DNA from: an uncultured Candidatus Rokubacteria bacterium
GTDB lineage: Bacteria; Methylomirabilota; Methylomirabilia; Rokubacteriales; CSP1-6
Length of the DNA: 64,000 bases
NCBI GenBank assembly: GCA_963762145.1
Contig: CAVXJS010000014.1
Coordinates: 384,001 to 448,000, forward strand
Reading direction: 5' to 3'
The position numbers were made by a program, and so were the translations under genes. Numbering within the stretch: the stretch's first letter is position 1; each line of letters opens with the position of its first letter. Below, piece by piece: positions 30,032 through 40,625 of the stretch. The notes below the pieces were generated by a model. It had not been told where the DNA came from, did not search any database, and worked only from the letters and a program-made list of their open reading frames with translations.

Positions 30032-32115
30032 CTACGAGCAGCTCCGCGATGAGGCGCGCGGCGCGGTCGGTGCCGTCGAGCGGCATCGTCGCGGAGTGGA
30101 CCGGCTTGCCCAGGTGCTCGACGATGGCGGCCGCCCAGGGCCTCCGGGCTCGTGCGGTCGTAGTCGAGGCGCACGCCCGCCCCGAGGCGATCGAGCCGGC
30201 GGGCCACGTGGAGCTGCTGCTCGAAGTGGTGCCGGAGCGGGAAGTAGAGGAACGGCGTGCGCACCGCGGCGAGCTCCATCGTGGTGGTGAGACCCGCCCT
30301 GCACGATCGCCAGGTCGGCGGCCGCGTGGTGCTCGAAGAGATCCGGCACGAACGACCGGATCTCGACGCGCGGATGCGGGGACGGCCCGAGCTCCGCCGC
30401 GCGGGCCGCCCACCAGCACCATGCGGGCCTCCGGGATCTGGGCCGCGATCAGCGAGAAGGCCTCCGCGCACTTCTCGAGGAGGCCGCGGCCGACCCGGGT
30501 GCCCCCCACCGAGGCCAGGATCACCCGCTCGTCCTCGCGGTAGCCGAGCCGGTGGCGCAGGGCGGCGCGGTCCCGGAAGGCGGCGCGGGTCGAAGTGGTA
30601 GGTGTAGCCGGAGAAGCGGAAGTGCTCGCGCGCCCACTGCGCGCATGTTCGGCAGGTCGGGGCCGAACTCCCGGTCGAGCACGTCGTCCTCGTCGCCGAC
30701 GAGGATCGAGCGGTCACGCACGTCGGGGTGCAGGCGCAGGTGGTCGATATTCTCCGCGTTCTTCTCCCAGCACACGGATGAACTCGGTGGAGCTCCGGTC
30801 GTCCCGCATCGGCAGCACGCCGATGAAGTCGGTGAGGAAGGCGTAGGGCGCCCGCTTCAGGTCCGGGTTCTCGTGCAGGAAGTAGTCGAGATCCCAGCCC
30901 TCGTCGCCGACCCAGAGGTCGTAGCGCTCGCGCTCCACCACGTCCGCGAAGGTCATGAAGTTCGCGGTCATGATCTCGTCCATGTCCCACAGCGCGTTGA
31001 ACGCGTGCAGCTCGTGGTCGGCGGCCCAGCCCTCGAAGTGCGCGGTCTCGTTCTGCAGCAGCGCGGTGGCCGGGTGCAGCCGCTCGCCCCAGTGGCGGAC
31101 CACCCGGTCGGCGGGAGCGGCGGCGAGGAAGTCCACCGTGGCGTCGGGATGGAGCTCGCGCAGCCGCCGGGCGATCGCGAGGTCGCGCTGGATGTGGCCG
31201 AGGCCGATCGGGCTGGACAGCCACAGGATCTTGCGCTGGCTGGTGGGCCGCGGCCGGCGGGCCGACGTCCCCGGCGTCTCCGCGGGCACCGTGCGCTCGG
31301 GCCGGGCCGGGACGGCGGCCGCGTCGACCGGGCGGTCGAGCACGAAGTCGCGGATGAGCCGGTTCACCTTGACCGCGTCGCGGCCGAAGAGGCAGTGGCC
31401 GCCGCCCTCGAACGTCGACGAGCCGCGCGCCCGGGATCGCCGCCACCATCTTCTGGGCGTGCGAGTAGGGCACGATCTTGTCCTGGGTGCCGTGCAGGGC
31501 CAGGGTCGGCACCGCGATCCGTCCGAGGAGGGTCGTGGGTGTCGGTGCTGTCGATGGCCCGGAGCGACTCGATGAGGACGTCGGGCGTGCGTCTCGCCCG
31601 CCCACGCCGATCCCGTCCTCGATGCCCTTCAGCGAGTGGGGCTCCGGCAGCATCCGCTTGAACAGGCGCGTGACGCCAGTCGTCGAAGTCGTCCGCGGAT
31701 CACCGGCGCCACCTTCTCCTCGAACGGCTCGCGGCAGGGACTCCGCGTACTGCGCCAGAGAGCAGGATCAGGTGCGAAGGCCGGTCGGGATGCTCGATCG
31801 CGTAGCGGAACGCGAGCAGGCGCCGCGCACGAGAAGGCGAGGAAGGCGAAGGGCGGCCGGGCGACCTCGTCCAGCACCGCCAGCAGGTCGCCGTAGCGGG
31901 TGTCGAGGTCGTAGCCGGTCGCCGGCCGGTCCGAGCGGCCGTTGCCGCGCGGATCCATCGTGATGACCCGGAAGTAGCGGGACAGATACGGGAATCTGGT
32001 GCTTCCACATCCGGCTGTGCATGACCACCTGGCACGGCGGCAGCAGGAACAGGTCGCGCGCGCCGCTGCCGGTCACCTGGTAGAAGATCCTCGCGTCGGG
32101 CCGGTGCACGTACAT
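30032..32115 (-). CDS. Alpha/beta hydrolase fused to GT-B glycosyltransferase, copy 1 (frameshifted)
   Basis: MYVHRPDARIFY..., MWKHQIP, MDPRGNGRS, AFSC, HGTQD, GGGH, then SSPIGLGHIQRD...AIVQG...YFPLRHHFEQ. Confidence 0.82.
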
Positions 32116-32123
32116 GGTCGCTC

Positions 32124-33116
32124 TCAGACCTCCCGGCCCAGTCGGGCCATCTCGTAGCGGACCAGGGCGGCGCCGCCCTGGACGGTGGTGCGCTTGTCGG
32201 TCGGCACGAAGCGGACGGTGGTCGCGTCCAGGATCGAGGCGAGCGTTCGCCGCCGCGCCCGGTTCATGATGTCGTCGCGGAGGGGCGCCAGAGAGGCGGC
32301 GACGCCGCCGGTGATCACGATCACCTCCGGATTCAGCAGGCTGGCCAGAGCGCCGATGCCCATCCCGACCGCCTCGCAGGCCTCGTCCACGAGCTCGCGG
32401 GCGAGAGGATCGTCCTCGCCGGCCGCCGCCGAACACGCCTTCGCGGTGATCCGGCCCGCGTCCCCACCGGCCCGGGCGAGGACCGCGGAGTCCGGATATC
32501 GCGTGAGTCGCTCCCGGACCCGCTCGGTCAGGAAGCCGCCTGCCACGTACGTGCCCAGGCACGCGACGCCTCCGCACACGCATCGCGGCCCGGTGAGATT
32601 GACCGCGAGGTGCCCGATCTCTCCCGCCGCGCCGAAGTGACCCCGCACCAGCACACCGTCCGCGATGAACCCCGCGCCGATTCCGGTGCCGATCGCCACG
32701 GTGACCAGCGACGAGGCGCCCTGTCCGGCGCCGAACATCCATTCGGCGAGCGCGAGGGCGTTCACGTCGTTGTCCACGAATACCTGGTGCCCGGTCCGGT
32801 CCCCGATGGAGCTCCGCAGCGGGACGTTGCCGAGCTCGGGCAGCCAGGCACCCGGCAGCAGCGATCGCACGTATCCCTTCTCCACGTCGACCAGCCCGGG
32901 GAGGCCGATTCCGATGCCGGCGACCCGGAGACCGCGCCGATCGGCCAGCGTCAGCATGTGCTCGACGAGCGACGTGATCGAGGCCACCGCATCGCTCCCG
33001 GCGGCGGACACCTGGGCGCTCGCGAGCACGCTGCCGTCGCCGGGCTGGACCAGCCCGGCCGAGATCGTCGAGGCGCCGACGTCCACGCCGATGACTGGAT
33101 CGGTCAGGGGTGCCAT
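32124..33116 (-). CDS. ROK family sugar kinase
   Basis: IGVDVGAS, GIGLPGLVD, VDNDVNALALAE, IGTGIGAG, AGEIGH, CVCGGVACL. No N-terminal HTH. Confidence 0.9.
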   Translation of the reverse strand: MAPLTDPVIGVDVGASTISAGLVQPGDGSVLASAQVSAAGSDAVASITSLVEHMLTLADRRGLRVAGIGIGLPGLVDVEKGYVRSLLPGAWLPELGNVPLRSSIGDRTGHQVFVDNDVNALALAEWMFGAGQGASSLVTVAIGTGIGAGFIADGVLVRGHFGAAGEIGHLAVNLTGPRCVCGGVACLGTYVAGGFLTERVRERLTRYPDSAVLARAGGDAGRITAKACSAAAGEDDPLARELVDEACEAVGMGIGALASLLNPEVIVITGGVAASLAPLRDDIMNRARRRTLASILDATTVRFVPTDKRTTVQGGAALVRYEMARLGREV

Positions 33117-33130
33117 GCGATCTCCCAAAG

Positions 33131-33145
33131 GCAAGCAGTGTGCCA
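33131..33145 (-). promoter_or_regulatory. Sigma54 -24/-12 promoter of the left-arm operon
   Basis: Minus strand reads TGGCAC-ACTGC-TTGC, an exact consensus match, ending 14 nt before the ROK start codon. Confidence 0.85.
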
Positions 33146-33186
33146 GTGAAAAAACCGTGCGAAAGCGCACGGACTCGAGGGCGGAA

Positions 33187-33304
33187 CGCAAGCTGGGCTT
33201 GCGGGCCCCGCGGCGGACGGCCGCAAGTCCGCGCCCCGGCGGAGCCGGCGACCCGCAAGGTGAGATTGCGGTCCCCGACGGCCACCGTGCAAGGTCGAGA
33301 TGCG
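33187..33304. promoter_or_regulatory. Candidate enhancer (UAS) array for the sigma54 activator
   Basis: CGCAA-N7-TTGCG (33187), half site CGCAAG (33222), CCGCAA-N7-TTGCGG (33253), TGCAA-N7-ATGCG (33288). Spacing is 32-35 nt. Confidence 0.6.
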
Positions 33305-33414
33305 CGTTCCTCTCCTGGTCATGTCTTCGGCCGCCCCGTCCTGGGGCGATCTCACAGAGAGTGCGGTGCCAAGTAGCCGAAATCAAGCGAGCGCCGAGAC
33401 GGCCGCGGGCGCGC

Positions 33415-33430
33415 GGGCACGGCGCTTGCT
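33415..33430 (+). promoter_or_regulatory. Sigma54 -24/-12 promoter of the right-arm operon
   Basis: GGGCAC-GGCGC-TTGCT upstream of a GAGGAGG RBS and the ATG at 33477. Confidence 0.72.
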
Positions 33431-33476
33431 CGACGACGCGGTCGATCGACACCACCCGTCACGAGGAGGATCGGCC

Positions 33477-33943
33477 ATGTTTCGACTCGATACCCGCGGT
33501 TCTGATGCTCATCACGCTCGTCGCCGTGCCCGTGCGCGCCCAACACCAGCATGCTCACAGCGTCGTGATGCCCGAGACGCTCAAGTGGGTGGACCCGCCG
33601 GTCCTGCCCGGCGCCAAGCTCGCGGTCGTCCAGGGCGACCCGAGCAAGGAAGGGCTGTTCGTCTACCGCATCAAGATGCCGGCCGCGTACAAGATCCCTC
33701 CCCACGTCCACAAGGCGAGCGAGAACGTCACCGTGCTGACCGGGTCGTTCTTCATCGGGGTCGGGGAGAAGTTCGACACGAAGGCCGGTGTGGAGCTGCC
33801 GGTGGGCGGGTTCGTGTCGATCCCGCCGAGCCATCCGCACTTCGCGTGGGCGGGCGACCAGGAAACCGTCGTGCAGGTGCACGGCTTTGGGCCCACCGAC
33901 CTCGTGTTCGTCAATCCCGGCGGACGACCCCAGAAAGAAGTAG
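33477..33943 (+). CDS. Exported cupin-domain protein (two frameshifts)
   Basis: Signal peptide, then LPGAKLAVVQGDPSKEGLFVYRIKMP..YKIPPHVH..ENVTVLTG...PHFAW. Ends DDPRKK* after a frame change. Confidence 0.8.
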
Positions 33944-33953
33944 GCGCCCCACC

Positions 33954-34760
33954 ATGACCCCCGGTCAGGCGTTCTACCGTGAGGCCGGTCGCGGCCCCGC
34001 GGTGGTGTGCATCCACGCGAGCGCGAGCTCCTCGTCGCAATGGCGGCTGCTCGACCGAGCGCCTGGCCGGCCGCTTTCGCGTGCTCGCGGCGGACCTGTA
34101 CGGCGCCGGCAAGAGCCCGGCGTGGCCGGGGGCGCGGCCCCTGTCGCTCGCCGACGAGGTCGCCCTGCTCGGCCGGTGCTCGCGGCGGCGGGTGAGCCGT
34201 TCCACCTCGTGGGCCACTCCTACGGCGGCGCGGTGGCCCTCGCGGCGGCACTCGCCGAGCCGGGCGGGTCGCGTCCCTCGTCCTGTTCGAGCCGGTGCTG
34301 TTCTCGCTGCTGATCGCCGAGGATCCGACCCAGCCGGCGGCGCGCGAGATCATCGCGGTGCGCGACGAGACCAACGCCGCGCTCGAGCGCGGCGACCCGC
34401 ACGCGGCCGGAGCCCGCTTCGTGGACTACTGGATGGGACCGGGCGCCTGGGCGGCGCATGCCGGACCGCGCCGGCGACGGCCTCGCCGCCGCGATGGGCA
34501 AGGTGAAGGCGGAGTGGGAGGCGGCATTCCGACGAGCCGGCGCCACTGGCGGCCTTCGCGGCGCTCGAGATGCCGGTCCTCTATCTCGCCGGCTCGGAAT
34601 CTCCCGCCTCCGCCCGCGGAGTCGCCCGGCTGCTCGCGCAGGCCTTGCCGCGCGTGACCGCGGTCGAGATCGAGGGCGTGGGCCACATGGGCCCGATCAC
34701 CCATCCGGATCGGATCAACGCGCTGATCGAGCGCCATCTCGAGGAAGCGGCCCCGGCTGA
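33954..34760 (+). CDS. Alpha/beta fold hydrolase (frameshifted; end approximate)
   Basis: VVCIHASASS, DLYGAGKS, HLVGHSYGG, LFEPVL, GVGHMGPITHP. Confidence 0.8.
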
Positions 34761-34834
34761 CCCCGCCGGGGCTCGACGGCGGCCCGGGCAGGACCGAACC
34801 ATCACATGGGCGTATCGCCCGAAGGAGGATCGAC

Positions 34835-35897
34835 ATGTCACCCGAGCAGGTAACCCTGGATCCCAGAGAAGGTGGAAGAGTTCCTCGGCAAGGCCATTCA
34901 GGACGTCGCGGCCACGTTCCATGCCGGCCTCGTGCTCATCGGCGACAAGCTCGGCCTGTACCGCGCGATGGCCGGGGCCGGCCCGCTGATTCCCGCCGAG
35001 CTCGCCCAGCGCACCGGCACGCGCGAGCGGTACGTGCGCGAGTGGCTGTCCTCGCAGGCGGCCGGCGGCTACGTCACCTACGATCCGGCGACCGGCCGCT
35101 TCACGCTGCCCCCGGAGCAGGCCTTCCTGCTGCTCGACGCGGATCTGCCCGGCGCGTTCCAGCTCAGCGTGGGCTCGGTGCGCGACGAGCCGCGGATCGC
35201 GGATGCCTTCCGCACCGGCGAGGGCGTGGGCTGGCACGAGCACGACGCCGGCGTGTACGAGGGATGCGAGCGTTTCTTCCGTCCGGGCTACGCCATGAAT
35301 CTCGTCAGTCAGTGGATTCCCGCCCTCGACGGCGTGAAGGCCCGGCTCGAGGCGGGCGGCCGGGTGGCCGACGTGGGCTGCGGCCACGGCGCTTCGACCA
35401 TCATCATGGCGCAGGCGTACCCGCGCGCGACGGTCACCGGGTTCGACTACCACACCGCTTCCATCGAGGCCGCGCGGCGCGCCGCCGACAAGGCCGGAGT
35501 GGGCGACCGGGTGTCCTTCGAGGTGGCGCCCGCGAAGGCGTACCCGGGAAGCGGCTACGATCTGGTCACCTTCTTCGACTGCCTGCACGACATGGGCGAC
35601 CCGGTGGGGGCGGCGCGCCACGTGCACAAGTCGCTCGGCCCAGGAGGCGCGTGGATGCTGGTCGAGCCGTTCGCCAACGACCGGCTCGAGGACAACCTCA
35701 ACCCGGTCGGTCGGCTGTACTACTCGGCGTCGACCTTGCTCTGCACGCCGGCGTCGCTCAGCCAGGAAGTGGGCCTGGCGCTGGGAGCCCAGGCCGGAGA
35801 GCAGCGCCTGCGCGGGGTGCTGAACGAGGCGGGCTTCACGCGCGTGCGGCGGGTGGCGCAGACCCCGGCCAACATGGTCCTCGAGGCCCGGGCCTGA
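34835..35897 (+). CDS. Class I SAM methyltransferase with N-terminal winged helix (Rv2258c-like; frameshift near 34870)
   Basis: IGDKLGLY, ERYVREWL, VADVGCGHG, FFDCLHDMGDP, STLLCTP, LGAQAGE. Confidence 0.88.
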
Positions 35898-35940
35898 CGG
35901 CTTGAGCCCGAGTGTAGAGAGAGAGAGAGAGGAGCCCATC

Positions 35941-36327
35941 ATGCGCATATCCAAGGGTCAGATTCCCGCCAAGATCAATGTCCCCGGCGCGGTCGCGCGT
36001 GTAGCCACCGACTTCGGTGACGCAACCGGCTTCGGCAAGCTGGGAGGCGAGTACTTCTCTCTCGGCGCCGGCACCGACATCGCACCGCTGTTGAAGGGGC
36101 TCAAGGACGATGCCTGCCACGCGCCGCACTGGGGTTACATGCTCTCCGGAGAGCTCGTGGTCACGTACACGGACGGCAAGGTCGACGCGTGCAAGGAGAG
36201 CGACCTGTTCTACTGGCCGCCCGGTCATAGCGTGCGGGTGATCAACGATTCCGAGGTCATCCTGTTCAGCCCGCAGCGTGAGCACGTCCACGTCATGGAC
36301 CACATGCTGAACGCGATGAAAAGCTGA
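35941..36327 (+). CDS. Cupin-domain protein
   Basis: LLKGLKDDACHAPHWGYMLSG...LFYWPPGH. Confidence 0.8.
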   Translation: MRISKGQIPAKINVPGAVARVATDFGDATGFGKLGGEYFSLGAGTDIAPLLKGLKDDACHAPHWGYMLSGELVVTYTDGKVDACKESDLFYWPPGHSVRVINDSEVILFSPQREHVHVMDHMLNAMKS

Positions 36328-36346
36328 GGGCCGGATCCGCGAGGGA

Positions 36347-36393
36347 GGGTCAGGTCTTACATTCCGACATTGTCGGAATGTAAGACCTGACCC
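36347..36393. repeat. REP-like family-A palindrome (no spacer)
   Basis: GGGTCAGGTCTTACATTCCGACA-T-TGTCGGAATGTAAGACCTGACCC, with 23-bp perfect arms, between convergent genes. Confidence 0.9.
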
Positions 36394-36396
36394 CGT

Positions 36397-37539
36397 CTAC
36401 TTGATCAGGCCGTAGAAGCGGCCCGCGTTCTCGCACGTCATCTTGTGCATGACGTCGGCGGGCAGGTGGCCGAACTGCTCGGCGATGTACTTGGAGGAGT
36501 CGGGCCACACGCCGTCGCCGTGCGGGTAGTCGGAGCCCCACATGAGCGTCTCCACGCCCATGTCGTCGATCAGCTTGGTGCCGATCCGGTCGAACTGGAA
36601 CGTGGCCTTGCACTGCCGCCGCCAGTAGTCGCTCGGCTTCATCTTGAGCCCGAGATCGGTGAAGCGATCCTCCCACTCGAAGTCCATGCGGTCGAGGGCG
36701 TAGGGTACCCAGCCGATGCCGCTCTCCCCGAAGGCGATGCGCACGTTGGGATAACGCTCGAGCACCGCGGCCCCGATGATCGCGGCCAGGATGTTGACCA
36801 GATTCATCTGGAACGCGGAGACCACCGTGAAGAAGGCGGCGCGCCGCGTGAGGCCGGTCTGCTTCTCCAGCACCGAGGGCGGCAGCGCCGGGAAGGTGTG
36901 GAAGTGCAGCGGCAGGTTGACGTCGTTGACCGCTTTCCAGAGCGGCTCCCACGACGGATGCCACATCGGCTCCATGTCCCACGAGCACGAGAGCTCCATG
37001 CCGCGCAGGCCCAGCTTGGCCACCCGGTAGACCTCCTGCACCGCCGCGTCGATGTCGCCGTACGGCAGGCAGGCCAGGCCGATGAACCGGTCCGGGTCGT
37101 GGCCGCAGAAGTCCACGAGCCAGTCGTTGTAGATGTGGAACATCTCGGTGGCGGCCTCGTGGTCGTTCAAGCGGGTGGCCGCGCCGAGGATGCCGTAGAT
37201 GACCTCGGCCTGCACGCCGTCGCGGTCCATGTCCTTCGCGCGCCGCACCGGATCCGTCGGACGGGCGATCCCCTTCTTGCCGTCATCGTAGAGACCGGTC
37301 GCCGCCATGACGTCGACGCGGTGATGCTTGCCGGCCTCGTACTTGGACCCGGCCGGGCCCACGCCGCCCCAGAGGCCGAAGTTGGTGCCGTTCCGCGCGG
37401 TCCAGAACGGGCCGTCGGGGCCGTCCTTCACGAAGGGCATGCGGTCCTTGAGCGCCGCCGAGGCATTTCCGGTGAACAGATCGCGTGGGATCCAGGGCAG
37501 GTCGATGTGGCAGTCGGCGGAGATCCGTTGGTAGCGCAT
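36397..37539 (-). CDS. Amidohydrolase_2 family protein
   Basis: ISADCHID, DMDRDGVQAEVIY, YNDWL, LHFHT, ESGIGW, MWGSDYPHGDG. Confidence 0.92.
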   Translation of the reverse strand: MRYQRISADCHIDLPWIPRDLFTGNASAALKDRMPFVKDGPDGPFWTARNGTNFGLWGGVGPAGSKYEAGKHHRVDVMAATGLYDDGKKGIARPTDPVRRAKDMDRDGVQAEVIYGILGAATRLNDHEAATEMFHIYNDWLVDFCGHDPDRFIGLACLPYGDIDAAVQEVYRVAKLGLRGMELSCSWDMEPMWHPSWEPLWKAVNDVNLPLHFHTFPALPPSVLEKQTGLTRRAAFFTVVSAFQMNLVNILAAIIGAAVLERYPNVRIAFGESGIGWVPYALDRMDFEWEDRFTDLGLKMKPSDYWRRQCKATFQFDRIGTKLIDDMGVETLMWGSDYPHGDGVWPDSSKYIAEQFGHLPADVMHKMTCENAGRFYGLIK

Positions 37540-37672
37540 GACGCCCCCTTTGGCCGGTACCGGGTCACTGCGTGCGTGTGGACAGAGCCTAGCTACCGGC
37601 GGGGCCCGCGTCAAGCCATGCGGCCGCGCCTTGACTCCGGGGCTCCGGACGCGGCACCATGCCCGGGCCGCC

Positions 37673-38863
37673 ATGCTCCAGGGTATCCGCGTCCTCGACC
37701 TCTCCCGCGTCATCGCGGGCCCCTACTGCGCGGCCATGCTGGGCGACCTGGGCGCCGACGTCATCAAGCTGGAGCGGCCGGGCCGCGGCGACGACCTGCG
37801 CGCCCTGCGCGGCGATGGCCGGATGAGCGCGTCGTTCGCGGCGGTCAACCGCAACAAGCGCGGGATCGCGGTCGATTTGCAAAGGCCGGAGGGCGCCCGC
37901 CTCGCCTTCGACCTGGCCCGCCGCGCGGACGTGGTCATCGAGAACTTCCTGCCCGGCGTGGCCGAGAAGCTCGGCGTGGGCTACGCGGCGGTCCGCGCGG
38001 CAATCCCTCGGTGGTCTACGCCTCGGTGACCGGCTTCGGCCAGACCGGCCCGCTCGCACGCAAGCCCGGCTACAACACGATCGCGCAGGGCATGAGCGGC
38101 CTCATGGCGCTCACCGGCATGCCGGGCGATCCGCCGACGCGGGTGGGCGGATCGGTCTCCGACGTGGCCGCGTCCTACATGACCTTCGGCATGGTCAACG
38201 CCGCGCTCGTGCATCGCTTCCGCACCGGGGAAGGCCAGCACGTGGACGTGAGCCTGGTGTCCGCGAGCCTGGGACTCCTGCCGGATCCGGTCGCGATCTT
38301 CTTCGCCACGGGCGAGCGGCCGAAGCGCGCGGGCAACCGCAACCTGAACCTCTCGCCCGCGGAAGCCTTCCAGGCCAAGGACGGCTTCGTCAACGTGGTG
38401 CTGCTGAACGCCGAGCAGTGGGGCCGGTTCTGCCAGGCGCTCGGCGACAAGGCCATGGAGACCGACCCGCGCTTCGCCGACAATCCCGGCCCGGCTGGCC
38501 AATCATGCCGCCTTCAAGGCGCGGGTGGAGGCCATCCTCGGCACCGGCTCCGTGACCGACTGGGTCGCGCGCCTCGAGGCGGGAGGCATCGCGGCCGGGC
38601 CCATCTACGAGTTCCACGAGGTCTTCGAGGATCCGCAGGTGCGTCACCAGGGGCTCGTGGCCGAGGTGGAGCAACCCGGCGCGGGCAAGGTGAAGATGCT
38701 CACGTTCCCGGGCCGCGCCTCCGGCACCCCGCCGCGCATCGATCGCCCCGCGCCGCTGCTCGGCCAGCACACCGCCGAGGTACTCGGCGAGCTCGGGCTC
38801 GCGCGCGAGGAGATCGATCGCCTCGCCGCCGCGGGCGTCATCGTGCTCGGCGACCAGCCCTAG
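37673..38863 (+). CDS. CoA-transferase family III (CaiB/BaiF), frameshifts near 38000 and 38490
   Basis: IRVLDLSRVIAGPYC, NRNKR, DVVIENFLPG, YASVTGFGQTGP, APLLGQHT. Confidence 0.88.
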
Positions 38864-38964
38864 CCAATCTCGTTAGACGCGGCCGCCCGGCCGCGCGCTT
38901 ACACGCCACGAAAGGAATATTCGCGCCGGCGTCCCTCGTCTTATCGGGCGAGGAGGACACCGTC

Positions 38965-39144
38965 ATGCGACTGTTCTGGATTCCACTGGCCGCGCTGCTG
39001 CTGGCCGGTTGCGCCATAGTACCGCTCGCCCCGTACGCGTACGCGCCGCCGCCTCCGCGGCCGCGCGTCATCTACCGCTACCCGGCTTACCCGGCTTATC
39101 CGTACTGGAACGCGCCGCGCTACTACGACCGCGGCCGCTGGTAG
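38965..39144 (+). CDS. Small Pro/Tyr-rich lipoprotein (59 aa)
   Basis: GAGGAGG RBS and lipobox LLLAGC, followed by YAYAPPPPRPRVIYRYPAYPAYPYW. Confidence 0.7.
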   Translation: MRLFWIPLAALLLAGCAIVPLAPYAYAPPPPRPRVIYRYPAYPAYPYWNAPRYYDRGRW

Positions 39145-39344
39145 CTAGTATCCTCGGCGGGTGCGCCGCCCACTGGCCGGCTTCCGCTGGCTGCTTCCGC
39201 TCCTCGGAGGCCTGGCGGTGCTGGCGGCGCCCTCGGAGACGGCACGGCCGCTTGGCCGTCGCGAATCACCAACCGGCGTAGCGCAAGGGTCGTGCCGGGT
39301 ACTGACCTTCCGAGCGGAAGAAGGTTCGCCGGAATCGTCGAGAC

Positions 39345-40625
39345 TCACGCCCGGAAGGAAGGGGTGGTGAGCTTGTCGCCCCAGCTTGCCGGGTCCGCGC
39401 CCATGCGTTCGCCCAGATCGGCCAGATTGTTCATGGTCTCCTTGACGAACACTCCGGGTGCCGGCGGGAACCAGTCGCCGGGAATCGACACGAGGCGAAT
39501 TTCCACGTCGGCATTGCGCTTGAGTCGAGCGATCTCCGCGAGCGCGACGAGATGCTTCACCGCGGTGGCCGTGGACGCGCGCGTTGCCGTCTCCAGGCTT
39601 CGTTGAACGACCGCGAGCCACTTCGGCGGCGTCACGTCGGGCACCGGGCGGAACTGATTGTTGAAAATGATCCAGAATCGGATCGCGGGGATCGGAACGC
39701 CTGGATAGGTCCGCTGCCAGACGGCCGGCAGGGCATCCTCCTCTTCGGCCCGTCCGCCATAGAGGATGTTCCCCGTCACGCCGCCATCCACGTAGAGCTC
39801 GTGGTCGATGATCCGGAACGGGAACGCGCCGGGGATGCCCGCCGAGGCCAACATGATGCTGTGAAGACGTTCGAGCTCGCCCGAGTCGGCGGCGCGCTGC
39901 GCTTCCTCGACCAGGTCGAACACACGCGGTCCGGCGTCGTCGAGGTTGGTCGCGTTCACCACCAACATTCGACCGTCCGCGCCCTCCTTCGCAATTCTGC
40001 GCACCATGTCCACCGTGATGTGCCGGCGCATCTCGCGCTCCAGCCCGGGCACCTCCGCGAACGAGATGTTGTCAGGTAGGAAATAGAGCATCCCACGCGG
40101 CTTCACCCAGTCCGCCCCTGGGTTGCGGTAGAGGTTCACGATCTGGTCGAGCGCCGGCTCGTCCCCCAGAAAGGCGAACGGCGCGATCAGGGTGCCGGTG
40201 CTCACCCCGGTCACGATGTCGAACTCGGGCTTGGCGAGTGGGTGCTGGGCAGGCACCTTATGCCACCCCTTGAGAAACCCCGCCCCGAACGCTCCCCAGT
40301 CCCCTCCGCCCGAGACGATCAGGACGTCGAGCACCGGCGGTTCCTTCTGTGCGCCCGCGGTGTACCGGTCGTACTCGGCCTTGATGCGTTCGAGCAGCCG
40401 AACGAGCACTCGGCGGTGCGCGCTCGTATTCCGTTCGGCCTCGGCGCGGCGCAGGTTCAGGAGATCCGGCCGGGCTACGGACGCACGTCTGGGAGAGGGA
40501 CCATAGCCGGCGAGCGCGAGGCCTCCGGCGAGTGCTGATGACCCTACCCGTGCGAGCGCACGACGATAGGCCACCACGCCGAGCGCGGCGGCAAGGAGAA
40601 GAACCACAGGCGTTCTCGTTCGCAT
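39345..40625 (-). CDS. Patatin-like phospholipase
   Basis: SGGGDWGAF, GVSTG nucleophile, ASAGIPGAF, YVDGGV. Confidence 0.88.
   Translation of the reverse strand: MRTRTPVVLLLAAALGVVAYRRALARVGSSALAGGLALAGYGPSPRRASVARPDLLNLRRAEAERNTSAHRRVLVRLLERIKAEYDRYTAGAQKEPPVLDVLIVSGGGDWGAFGAGFLKGWHKVPAQHPLAKPEFDIVTGVSTGTLIAPFAFLGDEPALDQIVNLYRNPGADWVKPRGMLYFLPDNISFAEVPGLEREMRRHITVDMVRRIAKEGADGRMLVVNATNLDDAGPRVFDLVEEAQRAADSGELERLHSIMLASAGIPGAFPFRIIDHELYVDGGVTGNILYGGRAEEEDALPAVWQRTYPGVPIPAIRFWIIFNNQFRPVPDVTPPKWLAVVQRSLETATRASTATAVKHLVALAEIARLKRNADVEIRLVSIPGDWFPPAPGVFVKETMNNLADLGERMGADPASWGDKLTTPSFRA

Noticed and set aside
27930-30524. 864-aa ORF as one protein spanning both fusions
   Set aside because: It crosses frameshifts; copy 1 stops at 30032 and copy 2 starts at 30024.
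33356-33372. Third sigma54 promoter (minus-strand TTGGCAC)
   Set aside because: There is no TTGC at the required -12 spacing (it reads TGGCAC-CGCAC-TCTC).
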